Below are positions 29,202 through 40,106 of a stretch of DNA of 64,000 nt, piece after piece. The translations under genes were made by a program, and so were the position numbers. The DNA is taken from the NCBI GenBank assembly GCA_905234485.1, contig CAJOHV010000005.1:15478-79477 (forward strand). Reading direction: 5' to 3'. The first letter of the stretch is position 1; each line of letters begins with the position of its first letter. This DNA comes from an uncultured Bacteroidales bacterium. GTDB taxonomy: Bacteria; Bacteroidota; Bacteroidia; Bacteroidales; UBA932. The notes below the pieces were generated by a model that saw nothing but the letters and a program-made list of their open reading frames with translations, searched no databases and had not been told where the DNA came from.

Positions 29202-30026
29202 CTAAAGCAGCGCGGCCAGTGAATCGTAGTAGGTCTTGGATACCGGAATCGGCGGGCAACCCGGGGTGTCCAGATCTGCGAAGACGAAGCCCGAGGCGTC
29301 TTTCCTGAGCACGGTGACGTGCGAAGGGTTCACGAAGAAAGCCCTCTGGCACCTCTGAATACCCTGCTTGGGCAGCATGTCCTCAAGGCGCTTCATTGAA
29401 GAGCGCAACTGATATTTCTTCACGCTGGAGCCATCGAGATACACTATGTTCACATAGTTCTCGTTGGCTTCTACGTATAAGAGCGACGATGCCGCCACCG
29501 CGAGTTTGAGTTTCTGGCTCGAATCCTTGAAGCGGATGAGGTTGTCATCGCCGGCGGGCTCTTCAGCCTCGCGGCTGTGCGCATAAATCATAGTTCCCAT
29601 CTCTATCAGAAGATAGGGGAGTATGAGGATGCCGAAGAAATCTATCAAACTGCGCGGAAGGGCGTAGAAATAACTGTACTGGACAGTCTGACCGATAGTG
29701 ATAAGGGTCATATACATCGCCCCGAAGCAGGCGAAAAGGAAAATTTCGCCAACGCACCACCCTGCGTAGAAGAAGGGAGTGAGGTTCAACTTATTTCTGA
29801 GGAAATAGAACGCCAGGCGGGTTCCCACCAGAACCAGAAGGAGGATGGTGGTGAGAATCGTGACGTTAAATTCCATATACACATTGCCTTCGCTCAGGAA
29901 CTTGATAATTCCTTCCGGTTTGTAGACCAGGAGGAAAAGCAGGAAAAAGAGCGGCAGGCCCAGGAAATGGACTACCTGAGTAGACAGTTTGAAGAATGCC
30001 TGAGGAATACTTCTGTTGTTCTGCAT
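29202..30026 (-). CDS. Membrane-anchored LytTR-family regulator
   Basis: 4 TM segments, then LLYVEANENYVNI, RCQRAFFVN, IPVSKTY; likely start MQNNR. Confidence 0.88.
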   Translation of the reverse strand: MQNNRSIPQAFFKLSTQVVHFLGLPLFFLLFLLVYKPEGIIKFLSEGNVYMEFNVTILTTILLLVLVGTRLAFYFLRNKLNLTPFFYAGWCVGEIFLFACFGAMYMTLITIGQTVQYSYFYALPRSLIDFFGILILPYLLIEMGTMIYAHSREAEEPAGDDNLIRFKDSSQKLKLAVAASSLLYVEANENYVNIVYLDGSSVKKYQLRSSMKRLEDMLPKQGIQRCQRAFFVNPSHVTVLRKDASGFVFADLDTPGCPPIPVSKTYYDSLAALL

Positions 30027-30066
30027 AGCGCACAAAGATAAATATATATTGTTATCTTTGCAAAGT

Positions 30067-31389
30067 ATGTCTAAAACCTGGATCAAGACCCTTGCCGCGC
30101 TGGCGGCCTCTATCCTTGCAAGTTCCTGCTGGTTCAGCGGGAACAATTCCGGCGAATCGCTCCCTGAAGTAAAAGGTTTCGAACTCCTCAGTTACGTCCC
30201 TTCGGACGCCTGCGGGGTGATTGTGTGTGAGAAAGCGGCCGCCGGCCTGGAGAATCTCTTCGATTCGGGCAGCGTCTTCCGCGAACTGGCCTATGGCCGT
30301 CTGGCTGACTCCAGGATGGTGATCTCCTACCATTTCGTGGGCGAACTCATTCCTATGATCGCCGTGGACGCAGGCAAGTCGCAGGCGGACTCGAAGCAGG
30401 CGGTGGAGATAATGGAATCCGCGGCCGAGCATGGGCTGGAAGCCCGCATAGTGCAGAAGCCGACCAGGTACGGCCGCAGGAATGTGCTGCTCATCAGCCC
30501 GTCCGGCTCCATTCTGGACGCCGCCGAAAGGCATATGGACGCGCACACCTCCGTGCTGGAGGTCGAGGGACTGACGGATGCGCTCGAGAAAGCGCCCGCT
30601 CGCGGCGACGTGGTGATCTTCCGTAACGACGCCATAGGCAATCTCCTTCCGAAGGATTTCCTCTCCAAACACATAACCCGCAAGCAACTCGTGGGCTTCA
30701 TCAAGGGCTACTCAGAGTGGACCGTGATGCATCTGGAGGGCACTGAGACGGCCGGAAAGGGCGTGTATCTCACCTACGACGTTCGCACAGTGCAGCCGGA
30801 CGATTTCAGCAAGTCAGCGCAGGTCTACGAGATTCAGGGCTATGGCGAAAGCAAGGTGGGCAGCATGCTCCCTCAGGGCACGACCTATGTCGTGGACCAG
30901 CCCGTCGCTTCCATCGAGAACCTTATCGACGCTCGAAAGAAGAACCTCGACGCCCGCGGCGGTCTGAACAAATTCTCGAACACCTGCTCGCAACTCGCGC
31001 GCACGGCCGGCATAGACCCTGTCAAATGGGCTATGGAGACCGACATCAAGGAGGTGGCGAAAGTGCAGTGGAGGGGAGAAGAGGTGGTGCTGATCCGCCC
31101 GGGCAAGCCTCTGGTCGCGCACAACGTACGCCCCAACCATCATCGCGGCTTCGTGACGACCCTGTTCGGTCAGGGCTACGCAATCGCGGACGAATCATAC
31201 GCCGTGTGCATAGGCAACTGGCTGATTATGGGAGGCGAGGAGGCTGTGAAGCATTTCCTGGCATCCGAAGTGAAGCAGAAGTTGCACTACTGGCCGACCA
31301 AAGGAGTGAAAGCGATAGTCTTGGCTGACGACTGCCAACTAACCTGGATCAGAAGCGAACTCCGCTTCGACGTGTATAGAACCTATTAA
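30067..31389 (+). CDS. Hypothetical lipoprotein
   Basis: MSKTWIKTLAALAASILASSC lipobox; first gene of a + strand operon. Confidence 0.75.
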   Translation: MSKTWIKTLAALAASILASSCWFSGNNSGESLPEVKGFELLSYVPSDACGVIVCEKAAAGLENLFDSGSVFRELAYGRLADSRMVISYHFVGELIPMIAVDAGKSQADSKQAVEIMESAAEHGLEARIVQKPTRYGRRNVLLISPSGSILDAAERHMDAHTSVLEVEGLTDALEKAPARGDVVIFRNDAIGNLLPKDFLSKHITRKQLVGFIKGYSEWTVMHLEGTETAGKGVYLTYDVRTVQPDDFSKSAQVYEIQGYGESKVGSMLPQGTTYVVDQPVASIENLIDARKKNLDARGGLNKFSNTCSQLARTAGIDPVKWAMETDIKEVAKVQWRGEEVVLIRPGKPLVAHNVRPNHHRGFVTTLFGQGYAIADESYAVCIGNWLIMGGEEAVKHFLASEVKQKLHYWPTKGVKAIVLADDCQLTWIRSELRFDVYRTY

Positions 31390-31392
31390 ATT

Positions 31393-33051
31393 ATGCTTAA
31401 GATTAAGTCTCTGAACAAGCAGCTCGAACGCAGTTTCAGAAAGAACTGGTGGAGGCCTGCCCTTTCCAACTACAAAGGGGAGACTATGAACTATGCCATG
31501 CTGGCGGAGCGGATAGCCATCATCCACCGCCACTACAGGCGTTTCGGCATCAATCCGGGCGACAAAATCGCCATCTGCGGCCGCAATCAGGCCAACTGGG
31601 GCGTGAGTTTTCTTTCGGCGATGACCTATGGCGCGGTGCCAGTGCCTCTGCTGCATGACTTCAATCCTGCGAATATCAACGACCTGCTGGTCCATTCCGA
31701 GGCGAAAGTGCTCTTCGTAGACGAACTGATCTGGGAAAAACTGGATCCCTCGAAGTTCACTGACCTTCTGGCAGCCGTCAACATAGCGGATTTCCGCATC
31801 CTTTATACTACAATAAAGAACCTGGAGGAAGAGAGGGCGAAAGTCATCTCCGAGTTCCACACTGAATACGCTTCCGGCGTGCGTCCGGAAAACATCGACT
31901 ACTACCGCGACAGCCCGGAAGAACTTGCCCTGATCAACTACACTTCGGGTACCTCTGGCTTCTCCAAGGGCGTTATGATCCCCTACAGGGCTCTGATCGC
32001 CAATGTGGAGTTCGCCGCGAACGAGGCCGAGCCGCAGATGGACTACACCTCGGATATGGTGGCGATGCTCCCGAGCGCGCACATGTACGGCCTGATGTTC
32101 GAATTCCTATTCGAGATGTGCATAGGCGCGCACACGCATTTCCTGACGAAAACTCCGAGCCCGAAGGTGATTATGACCGCGTTCCAGGATATACATCCGG
32201 CTGTCATCATCTCTGTGCCGCTGATCATAGAAAAGGTCTACAAGAACCAGATCAAGCCCATGATGAGGCGCTTCCGCTTCTTCTTCGACATCCCGCTGGT
32301 CGGGAGCGTCCTTCGCAGGAGCATACGCAAGCGCGTGAAAACGGCATTCGGCGGCTCGTTCGAAGAGGTGATCCTCGGCGGCGCGGCCGTGAACCCGGAA
32401 GTGGAGAAGTTCTTCCACAAGATGCGTTTCCCCTTCACGGCGGGCTACGGCATGACCGAGTGCGCCCCCATCATCACTTACTCGCATTGGAACCGTTCCA
32501 AGGTGGGTTCGGCCGGCAAGGCGGTGGCGGGCTGCAAAATCCGCATTGACTCCAAGGATCCGGAAAAGATCCCCGGCGAGGTGCAGGTGTCCGGCCCGAA
32601 CGTGTTCCTGGGCTACTATCGCAACGAAAAAGCCACGGCGGACGCGTTCACGGAAGACGGCTGGTTCCGCACTGGCGATATGGGCATCATCCGCAAGGGC
32701 AATCTCTACCTCAAGGGACGCCTCAAGTGTATGATCCTCTCCGCCAATGGCCAGAATATCTATCCTGAGGAACTGGAGGCTGTGATCAACAGCGCCCAGT
32801 ATGTGGTGGAATCGCTGGTGGTCGAAGAGAAGGGCGGCCTCACGGCTATAATCTATCCGGACTATGTCAGCGCATCGATAGACGGCATCGAGGCCGAAGA
32901 ACTCGAGGGCAAACTGCAGAGCAGCATCCCCGAGATCAACGAACTCCTTCCGAACTATGCGCACATCCGCAAGATGGAATTCCTCAAGGAAGACTTCGTG
33001 CGCACTCCCAAACGCAGCATCAAACGTTACTTGTATCTGAAAGACAACTGA
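31393..33051 (+). CDS. Long-chain fatty acid-CoA ligase (AMP-binding)
   Basis: YTSGTSGFSKG, GYGMTE, FRTGD, GQNIYPEELE. Confidence 0.93.
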   Translation: MLKIKSLNKQLERSFRKNWWRPALSNYKGETMNYAMLAERIAIIHRHYRRFGINPGDKIAICGRNQANWGVSFLSAMTYGAVPVPLLHDFNPANINDLLVHSEAKVLFVDELIWEKLDPSKFTDLLAAVNIADFRILYTTIKNLEEERAKVISEFHTEYASGVRPENIDYYRDSPEELALINYTSGTSGFSKGVMIPYRALIANVEFAANEAEPQMDYTSDMVAMLPSAHMYGLMFEFLFEMCIGAHTHFLTKTPSPKVIMTAFQDIHPAVIISVPLIIEKVYKNQIKPMMRRFRFFFDIPLVGSVLRRSIRKRVKTAFGGSFEEVILGGAAVNPEVEKFFHKMRFPFTAGYGMTECAPIITYSHWNRSKVGSAGKAVAGCKIRIDSKDPEKIPGEVQVSGPNVFLGYYRNEKATADAFTEDGWFRTGDMGIIRKGNLYLKGRLKCMILSANGQNIYPEELEAVINSAQYVVESLVVEEKGGLTAIIYPDYVSASIDGIEAEELEGKLQSSIPEINELLPNYAHIRKMEFLKEDFVRTPKRSIKRYLYLKDN

Positions 33052-33053
33052 TT

Positions 33054-33476
33054 ATGAATAAATTCGACGAAAGATATCTCGAGATGGCCGAAGTCTGGGC
33101 CAAGAATTCCTACTGCAAGCGCCGTCAGGTGGGTGCCCTGCTGGTGAAGGACCGTATGATTATTTCCGACGGTTACAACGGCACCCCTTCGGGCTTCGAG
33201 AACCAGTGCGAAGACGAAAACGACGTCACAAAGCCCTACGTGCTCCACGCGGAGGCGAATGCCATCACGAAGGTGGCTAAGTCCGGAAACAGTTCCGAGG
33301 GCGCGACCCTCTATGTGACAGCCTCGCCTTGTATGGAATGCGCCAAACTCATAATCCAGTCGGGCATCAAGAGGGTGGTCTACAAAGACCTCTACAGAAT
33401 CACGGACGGAATAGACCTCCTGAAGAGCGCGAACATCGAGTGCGAACAGTTGGACGGAAAGAATGAGAAAGACTGA
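33054..33476 (+). CDS. dCMP deaminase
   Basis: GYNGTPSG, HAEANAI, SPCMECAK. Confidence 0.95.
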   Translation: MNKFDERYLEMAEVWAKNSYCKRRQVGALLVKDRMIISDGYNGTPSGFENQCEDENDVTKPYVLHAEANAITKVAKSGNSSEGATLYVTASPCMECAKLIIQSGIKRVVYKDLYRITDGIDLLKSANIECEQLDGKNEKD

Positions 33477-34995
33477 TCTACTGGTCCTGAGTATAGCCCT
33501 CACGGGCGTTCTTATCGGTGCTATGGGGGTGCTGACCTACCAGAAGATCACCGAGCACAAGCGCGCGCTCCGCACCGAATACCAGGACTGGCGTAAACTC
33601 AATCTCATACTCCAGAAGGTAGACGACAACTATGTGGATCCGGTGGACAGGAAGAAGATTACCGACGCCGCCGTGGAGGCCGCTCTGGCCCAGCTCGATC
33701 CGCATTCGGTCTACCTCCCGCCGCAGGAACTCGAAGAGTCCGAGACCAATCTGGCCGGCGGTTTCGACGGAATCGGCATTCAATTCAACGTGCCCAACGA
33801 CACTGCGGTGGTGATCGAGGTCATCCCCGGCGGTCCGTCGGAGAAGGTCGGCCTGCTCCCGGGCGACCGTCTGCTGAAGGTGGACACGGTCGACATCGCG
33901 GGCTGCAAGTATCCGCAGGACAGCATGGTGCGTCGCATGAGGGGCGTGGCCGGCACCAAGGTCACGGTCACGGTCAAGCGCGGCGGGGAAGTGATCCCGT
34001 TCGAGATAACCAGGGACAAGATCCCCACCCACAGCGTGGACGCGGCGTTCATGGTCGGCGACAGCACCGGTTACATCCGTCTGTCCAAGTTCGCCCGCAC
34101 CACTTTCAAGGAATTCAGCGACGCATCCGCGGACCTGCGCAGGCAGGGGATGCGCGAACTCATATTCGACCTGCGCGACAATTCGGGCGGCTACATGGAC
34201 CAGGCGCTGCTGCTGAGTAACGCTTTCCTCGAGGCGGGCGACACTATCGTCTATATCCAGGGCCAGCACCGCAAGCGTGAGGACTACGTGGCGGACGGCC
34301 GCGGGCAACTCAAGGACGTGCGTCTGAAGGTGCTCATCAACGAAGGGTCGGCCTCATCGAGCGAGATCTTCGCCGGCGCGATCCAGGACAACGGCAGGGG
34401 CAAGGTCTACGGCCGTCGTTCGTTCGGAAAGGGCCTCGTGCAGGAGCCGGTCTTCTTCACGGACGGCAGCGGCATACGCCTCACCGTGGCCCGCTTCTAC
34501 ACACCTTCGGGCCGTTGCATCCAGAAACCCTACACTCCTGACTATGCCTACGAAGTCTACAAGCGCTACGGCGAGGGGGAGATGGTCGATGCGGACAGTA
34601 TGAATGTCAGCAAAGGCGGCATTCTGCCGGACGTGTTCGTGCCGATCGACACCACCCGCGCTTCCGACTTCTATCTGAAGTGCAACCGCAAAGCCACGAC
34701 CATGCGTTTCTCTTCGGCCTACTTCGACACTCATAAGGCTGAACTTCAGGCTATAGACGATTACGCCGTGCTTTTGAGATATCTGGACCGTGCGCGTTTG
34801 GACAAGAAGTTCCTGGAATTCGCTCGCGTGAAAGACGGATTTGTGCCTAAGCCGGGGGAGTGGGAGGAGTCCGAGAGTTATATGATGACTCAGATAAAGG
34901 CTCTTGTCGGCCGCTACTCAAAACTCGGCGACAATGCCTTCTATCATCTCTATCTGCAGATAGACGACGTGTTCGCCGCCGCTATTGAGCGATAA
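33463..34995 (+). CDS. S41 C-terminal processing peptidase
   Basis: LDPHS, PDZ domain, DLRDNSGG, SASSSEI, SFGKGLVQ. Confidence 0.95.
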   Translation: MRKTDLLVLSIALTGVLIGAMGVLTYQKITEHKRALRTEYQDWRKLNLILQKVDDNYVDPVDRKKITDAAVEAALAQLDPHSVYLPPQELEESETNLAGGFDGIGIQFNVPNDTAVVIEVIPGGPSEKVGLLPGDRLLKVDTVDIAGCKYPQDSMVRRMRGVAGTKVTVTVKRGGEVIPFEITRDKIPTHSVDAAFMVGDSTGYIRLSKFARTTFKEFSDASADLRRQGMRELIFDLRDNSGGYMDQALLLSNAFLEAGDTIVYIQGQHRKREDYVADGRGQLKDVRLKVLINEGSASSSEIFAGAIQDNGRGKVYGRRSFGKGLVQEPVFFTDGSGIRLTVARFYTPSGRCIQKPYTPDYAYEVYKRYGEGEMVDADSMNVSKGGILPDVFVPIDTTRASDFYLKCNRKATTMRFSSAYFDTHKAELQAIDDYAVLLRYLDRARLDKKFLEFARVKDGFVPKPGEWEESESYMMTQIKALVGRYSKLGDNAFYHLYLQIDDVFAAAIER

Positions 34996-35686
34996 AACTG
35001 TAGACTATATTTCCGATTTCCTTCGCGGCGCCGGTCTTGCTCCGCGAGAAGCGGCTTTTGAGCGCCGCGTTCCTGGCGTAATTGCGAAGGCACTGGTCTG
35101 ACGAACTGATTTCGTCCTGAATCTTTGCGTCGATCACATCTCCTGACGCGTTGACCGTGATAATGACCGTCACTTCTCCAGCGCCTATGCATTTGTAGGC
35201 GGGGATGGGCAGGTAACTGCCTTTGCGATCGCCCAGTGAGTAGGAGAGCACGGACGGGCCCTGGTAAGCAGGTTCCTGGCTTTCCGGCTCCTTCGGCTTG
35301 GGCTTCGAGACGGTCGCGCTGAAGTCCTCCTCCCGGCGGTTCATATTGGCTTTGTACTGCTGCTCGATGCGCTTCGCGTCGTCGTAGAGTTTCTTGGCGT
35401 CTGTGCCGCGGTCGTCTTTGAGTTTGCTGCGGTCTACAGCTATGTTGCGCGGCGCTTCGCGGCCGACGCCGGCTTCGCGGAGCATACGCTCCACGCGCTC
35501 GCCCGCCGCCTTCTGCCGCGCAATCTCGCGCTCGAGTTTCTCGATCGGGTCCTTTTTGGAGAAGTCCAGCAGGAAACTCTGGCGCTCGCGTTCGATGGAC
35601 GGGCGGACAACCGTAAGGAGTAAAATGAGAATCACCGCGAGGTGTACGCTCACGGTGACCAGTATCCCTATAAGGTTGTCGCGCAT
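34982..35686 (-). CDS. TonB-like energy transducer
   Basis: N-terminal TM with SxxxH (VSVHL), charged linker, TonB_C-like GEVTVIITVNASGDV. Confidence 0.8.
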   Translation of the reverse strand: MRDNLIGILVTVSVHLAVILILLLTVVRPSIERERQSFLLDFSKKDPIEKLEREIARQKAAGERVERMLREAGVGREAPRNIAVDRSKLKDDRGTDAKKLYDDAKRIEQQYKANMNRREEDFSATVSKPKPKEPESQEPAYQGPSVLSYSLGDRKGSYLPIPAYKCIGAGEVTVIITVNASGDVIDAKIQDEISSSDQCLRNYARNAALKSRFSRSKTGAAKEIGNIVYSFIAQ

Positions 35687-35701
35687 CTGACCGGCAGCCT
35701 C

Positions 35702-36322
35702 CTATTTCTGCTGTTTGAGTTCCTTGCGGATGGTGTTGTTGATAACGTCGATAGCGACTTTATTGTGGCCTCCCTGGGGAATGATGATATCAGCGTAGCG
35801 CTTGCTGGGCTCGATGAACTGAAGGTACATCGGCTTTACCGTCTTGCTGTAGCGCTCGATGACCCAGCGCACGTCTTTGCCACGCTCCACTATGTCGCGG
35901 GTCATAACGCGCATCAGGCGGTCGTCGTCGTCAGCGTCCACGAAAATCTTGATGTCCATCTGGTCGCGGAGTTCCGGGCAGGTGAACACGAGGATGCCCT
36001 CGATGATGATCACGTCCGCCGGGTCCACATGGACGGTCTCGGTCTTGCTGCGGCTGCAGGAGATGTACGAGTAGACAGGCTGCTCGATGCTCTTGCCGCT
36101 CTTCAACTCGGAGAGTTGCTTGCAGATGAGTTCCCAGTCGATGGCGTCCGGGTGGTCGAAGTTGTGGTTGCGCTTCTCCTCGTCCGTGAGATCGCTCGAG
36201 TCTTTGTAGTACGAATCCAGGGGGATAGTGACTACACTTTCTCCTTTCAGAGTCTCTGTGATGGCCCTGACTACCGTGGTCTTTCCACTGCCGGATCCTC
36301 CGGCGATACCGATAACTAACAT
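35702..36322 (-). CDS. udk: Uridine kinase
   Basis: GIAGGSGSGKTT, NFDHPDA, IEGIL, FIEPSKRYADIIIP. Confidence 0.97.
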   Translation of the reverse strand: MLVIGIAGGSGSGKTTVVRAITETLKGESVVTIPLDSYYKDSSDLTDEEKRNHNFDHPDAIDWELICKQLSELKSGKSIEQPVYSYISCSRSKTETVHVDPADVIIIEGILVFTCPELRDQMDIKIFVDADDDDRLMRVMTRDIVERGKDVRWVIERYSKTVKPMYLQFIEPSKRYADIIIPQGGHNKVAIDVINNTIRKELKQQK

Positions 36323-36328
36323 ATGGCC

Positions 36329-37735
36329 TTAAAATTCTGCGTTCTTCGGGGTTCTCGGGAAGGGGATAACGTCCCTGATATTCTGCATTCCGGTGATGAA
36401 GAGCAGAAGGCGCTCGAAGCCGAGACCGAAACCTGAGTGAGGGCAGGTGCCGAAGCGGCGGGTGTCCAGATACCACTCCAGGTTGTCGCGCTTCATATGG
36501 AGTTCGTCGATACGACCCTCGAGTTTGGCGAGGTCTGCCTCACGCTCGGAACCGCCGATGATTTCTCCGATCTTCGGGAAGAGGACGTCCATCGCGCGGA
36601 CGGTCTTTCCGTCTTCGTTCTGCTTCATGTAGAAGGCCTTGATGTCCTTGGGGTAATCCGTGAGGATGACCGGACGCTTGAAGTGCTCTTCCACCAGATA
36701 TCTTTCATGTTCGCTCTGGAGATCTGTTCCCCAGTCGACGGGATATTCAAACTTATGGCCCTTGGCGATGGCGTCCTTGAGGATCTTGATGCCTTCGCCG
36801 TAGGGCAGGCGCACGAACTCGGTGTCGATAACGCCTTCCAGACGCGCCACGAGGGTATCGTCGTAGCGGTCGTTGAGGAACTGGATGTCGTCACGGCAAT
36901 TGTCAAGAGCGTATTTGACGAGGCTCTTGATGAAGTCCTCGGCGAGATCCATGTTGTCCTTGATGTCGTAGAATGCCATCTCGGGCTCTATCATCCAGAA
37001 CTCTGCGAGGTGGCGTGGTGTGTTGGAATTTTCGGCGCGGAAGGTGGGACCGAAGGTGTAGATTTCGCCCACGGCCGTGGCGCCCAGTTCACCTTCGAGT
37101 TGTCCGCTCACGGTGAGGCTGGTCATCTTGCCGAAGAAGTCCTGTTTGTAGTCCGGCTGGCCTTTCTTGTTCTTCGGGACGTTGTTCAGGTCCAGGGTAG
37201 TGACCTGGAACATCTGACCTGCGCCTTCGGCGTCGGACTCGGTGATAAGGGGAGTGTTAAGATACACGAAGCCCTTGCCGTGGAAATACTGATGGATGGC
37301 GAAGGCCATCTGGCTGCGCAGACGGTAGACTGCTCCGAAGGTGTTCGTACGCGGGCGCAGATGGGCAACTGTCCTCAGATACTCGAAGGATGTGTCTTTC
37401 TTCTGCAGGGGATAGCGGACGGGGTCGCATTCGCCGTAGACTTCAATCGAGTTGGCCTTAATCTCCACGGCCTGGCCGCTGCCGATGGACTCCACCAGCG
37501 TGCCGCACACGCCTATGCAGGCGCCTGTGCTGATGCGGGCGAGGACGGGCTCCATCTCGGGAGTCTTGTCCACCACTATCTGGATGTTTTTGATAGTGCT
37601 TCCGTCGTTCAGCGCGATGAACGCTATCTCTTTGTTTCCTCTTTTCGTCCTGACCCAACCTTTGGCGAGGACGTCCTGTCCTGCGGGCATCGCCAGCAGG
37701 TCTTTAACCTTCGTACGAAGTATTTCCTTTGCCAT
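36329..37735 (-). CDS. asnS: Asparagine-tRNA ligase
   Basis: [42 protein letters not shown]. Confidence 0.97.
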   Translation of the reverse strand: MAKEILRTKVKDLLAMPAGQDVLAKGWVRTKRGNKEIAFIALNDGSTIKNIQIVVDKTPEMEPVLARISTGACIGVCGTLVESIGSGQAVEIKANSIEVYGECDPVRYPLQKKDTSFEYLRTVAHLRPRTNTFGAVYRLRSQMAFAIHQYFHGKGFVYLNTPLITESDAEGAGQMFQVTTLDLNNVPKNKKGQPDYKQDFFGKMTSLTVSGQLEGELGATAVGEIYTFGPTFRAENSNTPRHLAEFWMIEPEMAFYDIKDNMDLAEDFIKSLVKYALDNCRDDIQFLNDRYDDTLVARLEGVIDTEFVRLPYGEGIKILKDAIAKGHKFEYPVDWGTDLQSEHERYLVEEHFKRPVILTDYPKDIKAFYMKQNEDGKTVRAMDVLFPKIGEIIGGSEREADLAKLEGRIDELHMKRDNLEWYLDTRRFGTCPHSGFGLGFERLLLFITGMQNIRDVIPFPRTPKNAEF

Positions 37736-37750
37736 TTATTCTTCTTTTAT

Positions 37751-37780
37751 AAAAGAGCAGCCCCCGTGCGAGGGCTGCTC
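37751..37780 (-). terminator. Intrinsic terminator-like hairpin between exbD and asnS
   Basis: Minus strand GAGCAGCCC-loop-GGGCTGCTC-TTTT. Confidence 0.6.
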
Positions 37781-37798
37781 ATATGAGGGAGCCTGAGT

Positions 37799-38266
37799 TT
37801 ACTCAGACGGTTTCCTTGCGGAATACATGATCTTAAGCGCGGAGCAGCGGCGCAGCTCCTGCTTAACGTCGGTAATGATACCCATTCGGACATCCTGGTC
37901 GGCACGGATGCAGACGGTCATCAGAGGACGGTCGCCCTCTTTCATGGCCTCACGCTCCGAAGCGACGAAGTCGCGGATGTCTTCCTTGGTCTTGAAGGAG
38001 TCGTTCAACTGGATACGCGCGTCGGTACCGTACTGCGCCTGAAGCGAGCGGATAGGGGTTCCGATGTTGATATAAGACGAAAGGTCTTTGCGCTCCAGTT
38101 TCGTGACCTCCGAAGCCTCGGGAAGTTTGACCTGCACCTTGTTCTCGGTCTCGCGCATCTGCGTGGTGACCATAAAGAAGAACAGGAGCATGAACACGAT
38201 ATCGGAGAGAGAACCCGAAGAGATTCCGGGAACTTCTTTCTTGTTGCTGCCACCAAACATTGACAT
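37799..38266 (-). CDS. exbD: Biopolymer transporter ExbD
   Basis: SLSDIVFMLLFFFMV TM with conserved Asp; IRAD. Confidence 0.9.
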   Translation of the reverse strand: MSMFGGSNKKEVPGISSGSLSDIVFMLLFFFMVTTQMRETENKVQVKLPEASEVTKLERKDLSSYINIGTPIRSLQAQYGTDARIQLNDSFKTKEDIRDFVASEREAMKEGDRPLMTVCIRADQDVRMGIITDVKQELRRCSALKIMYSARKPSE

Positions 38267-38281
38267 AACTTGGTCCTCCTA

Positions 38282-38866
38282 TTATCTTGTTGATGCGTTA
38301 ACGTCCTTAGGCTCCGCTTCGGAAATGTTCTGGGGGACGGCTTTCTTCACCCATCCCTGCTCCTCCTCAGAGAGGCGGGCATACTTCTTTCCGAAATTGG
38401 CCATCGAGAATTCGTCACGGAGTTCGTTCACTGCCTTCACGAGTTCGTTCTGGACTGCGATGTACTTCGAATAACTTGTACCGCGGTCGTTCTGGAGGGA
38501 GATAACACCCTTCGACACGGGAACGGCCTTGTACCCTTCAATGTCCTTCAGTTCCTTTTCAGGAAGGCTGGGATCGTTGTTCGGGTTATCGAGGAACTCC
38601 TTGATTTTGTCCTTCAGGAAAGCGATGTCTATCATCTCACTACCGGCAAGTACCTTGTCAGCGGAATTGATCCTCACCACGATGATGTTTCGGCGGTTGA
38701 TCTTCTGGTCCTCTACCTGCTGCTTTGAGTCAGGGATAGGGGGAAGACGACGCGAAAGACCGGTCTGGCTTCCCATTGTCGTTGTCATAAGGAAGTAGCA
38801 GAGCAGGAGGAATGCGATATCCGCGGTTGAACTGGTATTTAAACCCGGAGTTTTCTTCTTGGACAT
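38282..38866 (-). CDS. exbD: Biopolymer transporter ExbD
   Basis: STADIAFLLLCYFLM; LQNDRGTSY. Confidence 0.9.
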   Translation of the reverse strand: MSKKKTPGLNTSSTADIAFLLLCYFLMTTTMGSQTGLSRRLPPIPDSKQQVEDQKINRRNIIVVRINSADKVLAGSEMIDIAFLKDKIKEFLDNPNNDPSLPEKELKDIEGYKAVPVSKGVISLQNDRGTSYSKYIAVQNELVKAVNELRDEFSMANFGKKYARLSEEEQGWVKKAVPQNISEAEPKDVNASTR

Positions 38867-38872
38867 AGTGTT

Positions 38873-39319
38873 TTACTTTGCCTGTTTCTTGTTGCGGATG
38901 CCGGCTACGATCTCTCCAACAATGATGGAGAGGATAGTGAGACCACCCACAAGGTAAGTAAGATTGAGAATAGTATCTGTCAGTTTAAGAGTCGACTTTG
39001 AAGGCTGCTCGAGAATACCGAGGGCCTCAGAGCCGGGTGACAGGAAGTACACTGCCAGGACCACGACAGCGGCGCCACCCAAAACGGCAAGGATCTTCCA
39101 GAGGAATTTCTTGTCGTTCTTCACCCCGATCCATCCGCCGATGCAGATGATGCTGATGAGGGCGAGGCCGACCATCGCATAAGTCCAGTAGAAGAGCACA
39201 TCTACGGCCAGACCGTCGTTCTTCTCAAAGCCATATACCCAGGCTCCGATGAAGACCACGATACTGAGCACGAGAAGCGCCAGCAGGACCCACTTGATGA
39301 TTTTACTGTATTTGTTCAT
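38873..39319 (-). CDS. 4-TM hypothetical protein of the exbB-exbD cluster
   Basis: Four hydrophobic segments; lies between exbB and exbD. Confidence 0.8.
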   Translation of the reverse strand: MNKYSKIIKWVLLALLVLSIVVFIGAWVYGFEKNDGLAVDVLFYWTYAMVGLALISIICIGGWIGVKNDKKFLWKILAVLGGAAVVVLAVYFLSPGSEALGILEQPSKSTLKLTDTILNLTYLVGGLTILSIIVGEIVAGIRNKKQAK

Positions 39320-39328
39320 GATCCGAAA

Positions 39329-40106
39329 TTATTTTGCCTTGTATGCAGTAAGAACGTCCACGAGGTCGATCGAGGCCTCTTCCATATCGATAGTGATGCT
39401 GTCGATCTTTGCGAGGATGTAGTTGTAGAACACCTGAAGGATCATAGCGACGATAAGACCCGCAACCGTAGTAATAAGAGCGACCTTCATACCGCCAGCA
39501 ACAACGTTAGGGGAGATATCACCTGCAGCCTGGATAGATCATACCGATAACGGTTCCAAGGAATCCGAGGGACGGGGCGATGGCGATGAAGAGAGAGATC
39601 CATGAGAGGCCGTTCTCAAGCATGCTCATCTGAATTGAACCAGAAGAAACGACGTTCTTCTCCACGACATCAAGACCCTGATCGTAACGATCCAGTCCGT
39701 CGTAGAAGATCTTGGCCACAGGGCCGCGGGTATTGCGGCAGACATCCTTTGCAGCCTCGATTCCGCCGGCCTTGAGGGCTTCTTCAACCTTCGCGACAAG
39801 GGCCTTGGCGTTTGTCCTCGAGAACGAGAGATAGAGAATACGCTCGATCGAGAGAGCCATACCGAGGATAAGGCAGATGATAACGAGTGACATGAACCCT
39901 GCACCACCCTCGATGAACTTGGTCTTGAGGGCCTGGTGGAGAGGAATCTCACTCTGAGTGTTGAACGGGTCAACCTCAGCGTCGTCTGCGGGGGCAGCTA
40001 CTTCAGTAGCTTCCGGGGCAGCCTGCTCAGATTCCTGTGCCGATGCGATGTTGGCGGAGAAGACCAGGATGGCCGCTGCTGCCAAAAACATGGAAATCTT
40101 TTTCAT
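39329..40106 (-). pseudogene. exbB: MotA/TolQ/ExbB proton channel, frameshifted near 39536
   Basis: Frame 1 reads ..APSLGFLGTVIGMI; another frame continues IQAAGDISPNVVAGGMKVALITTVAGLIVA..AYKAK-stop; the usual xAFDx residues are missing at the junction. Confidence 0.8.
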
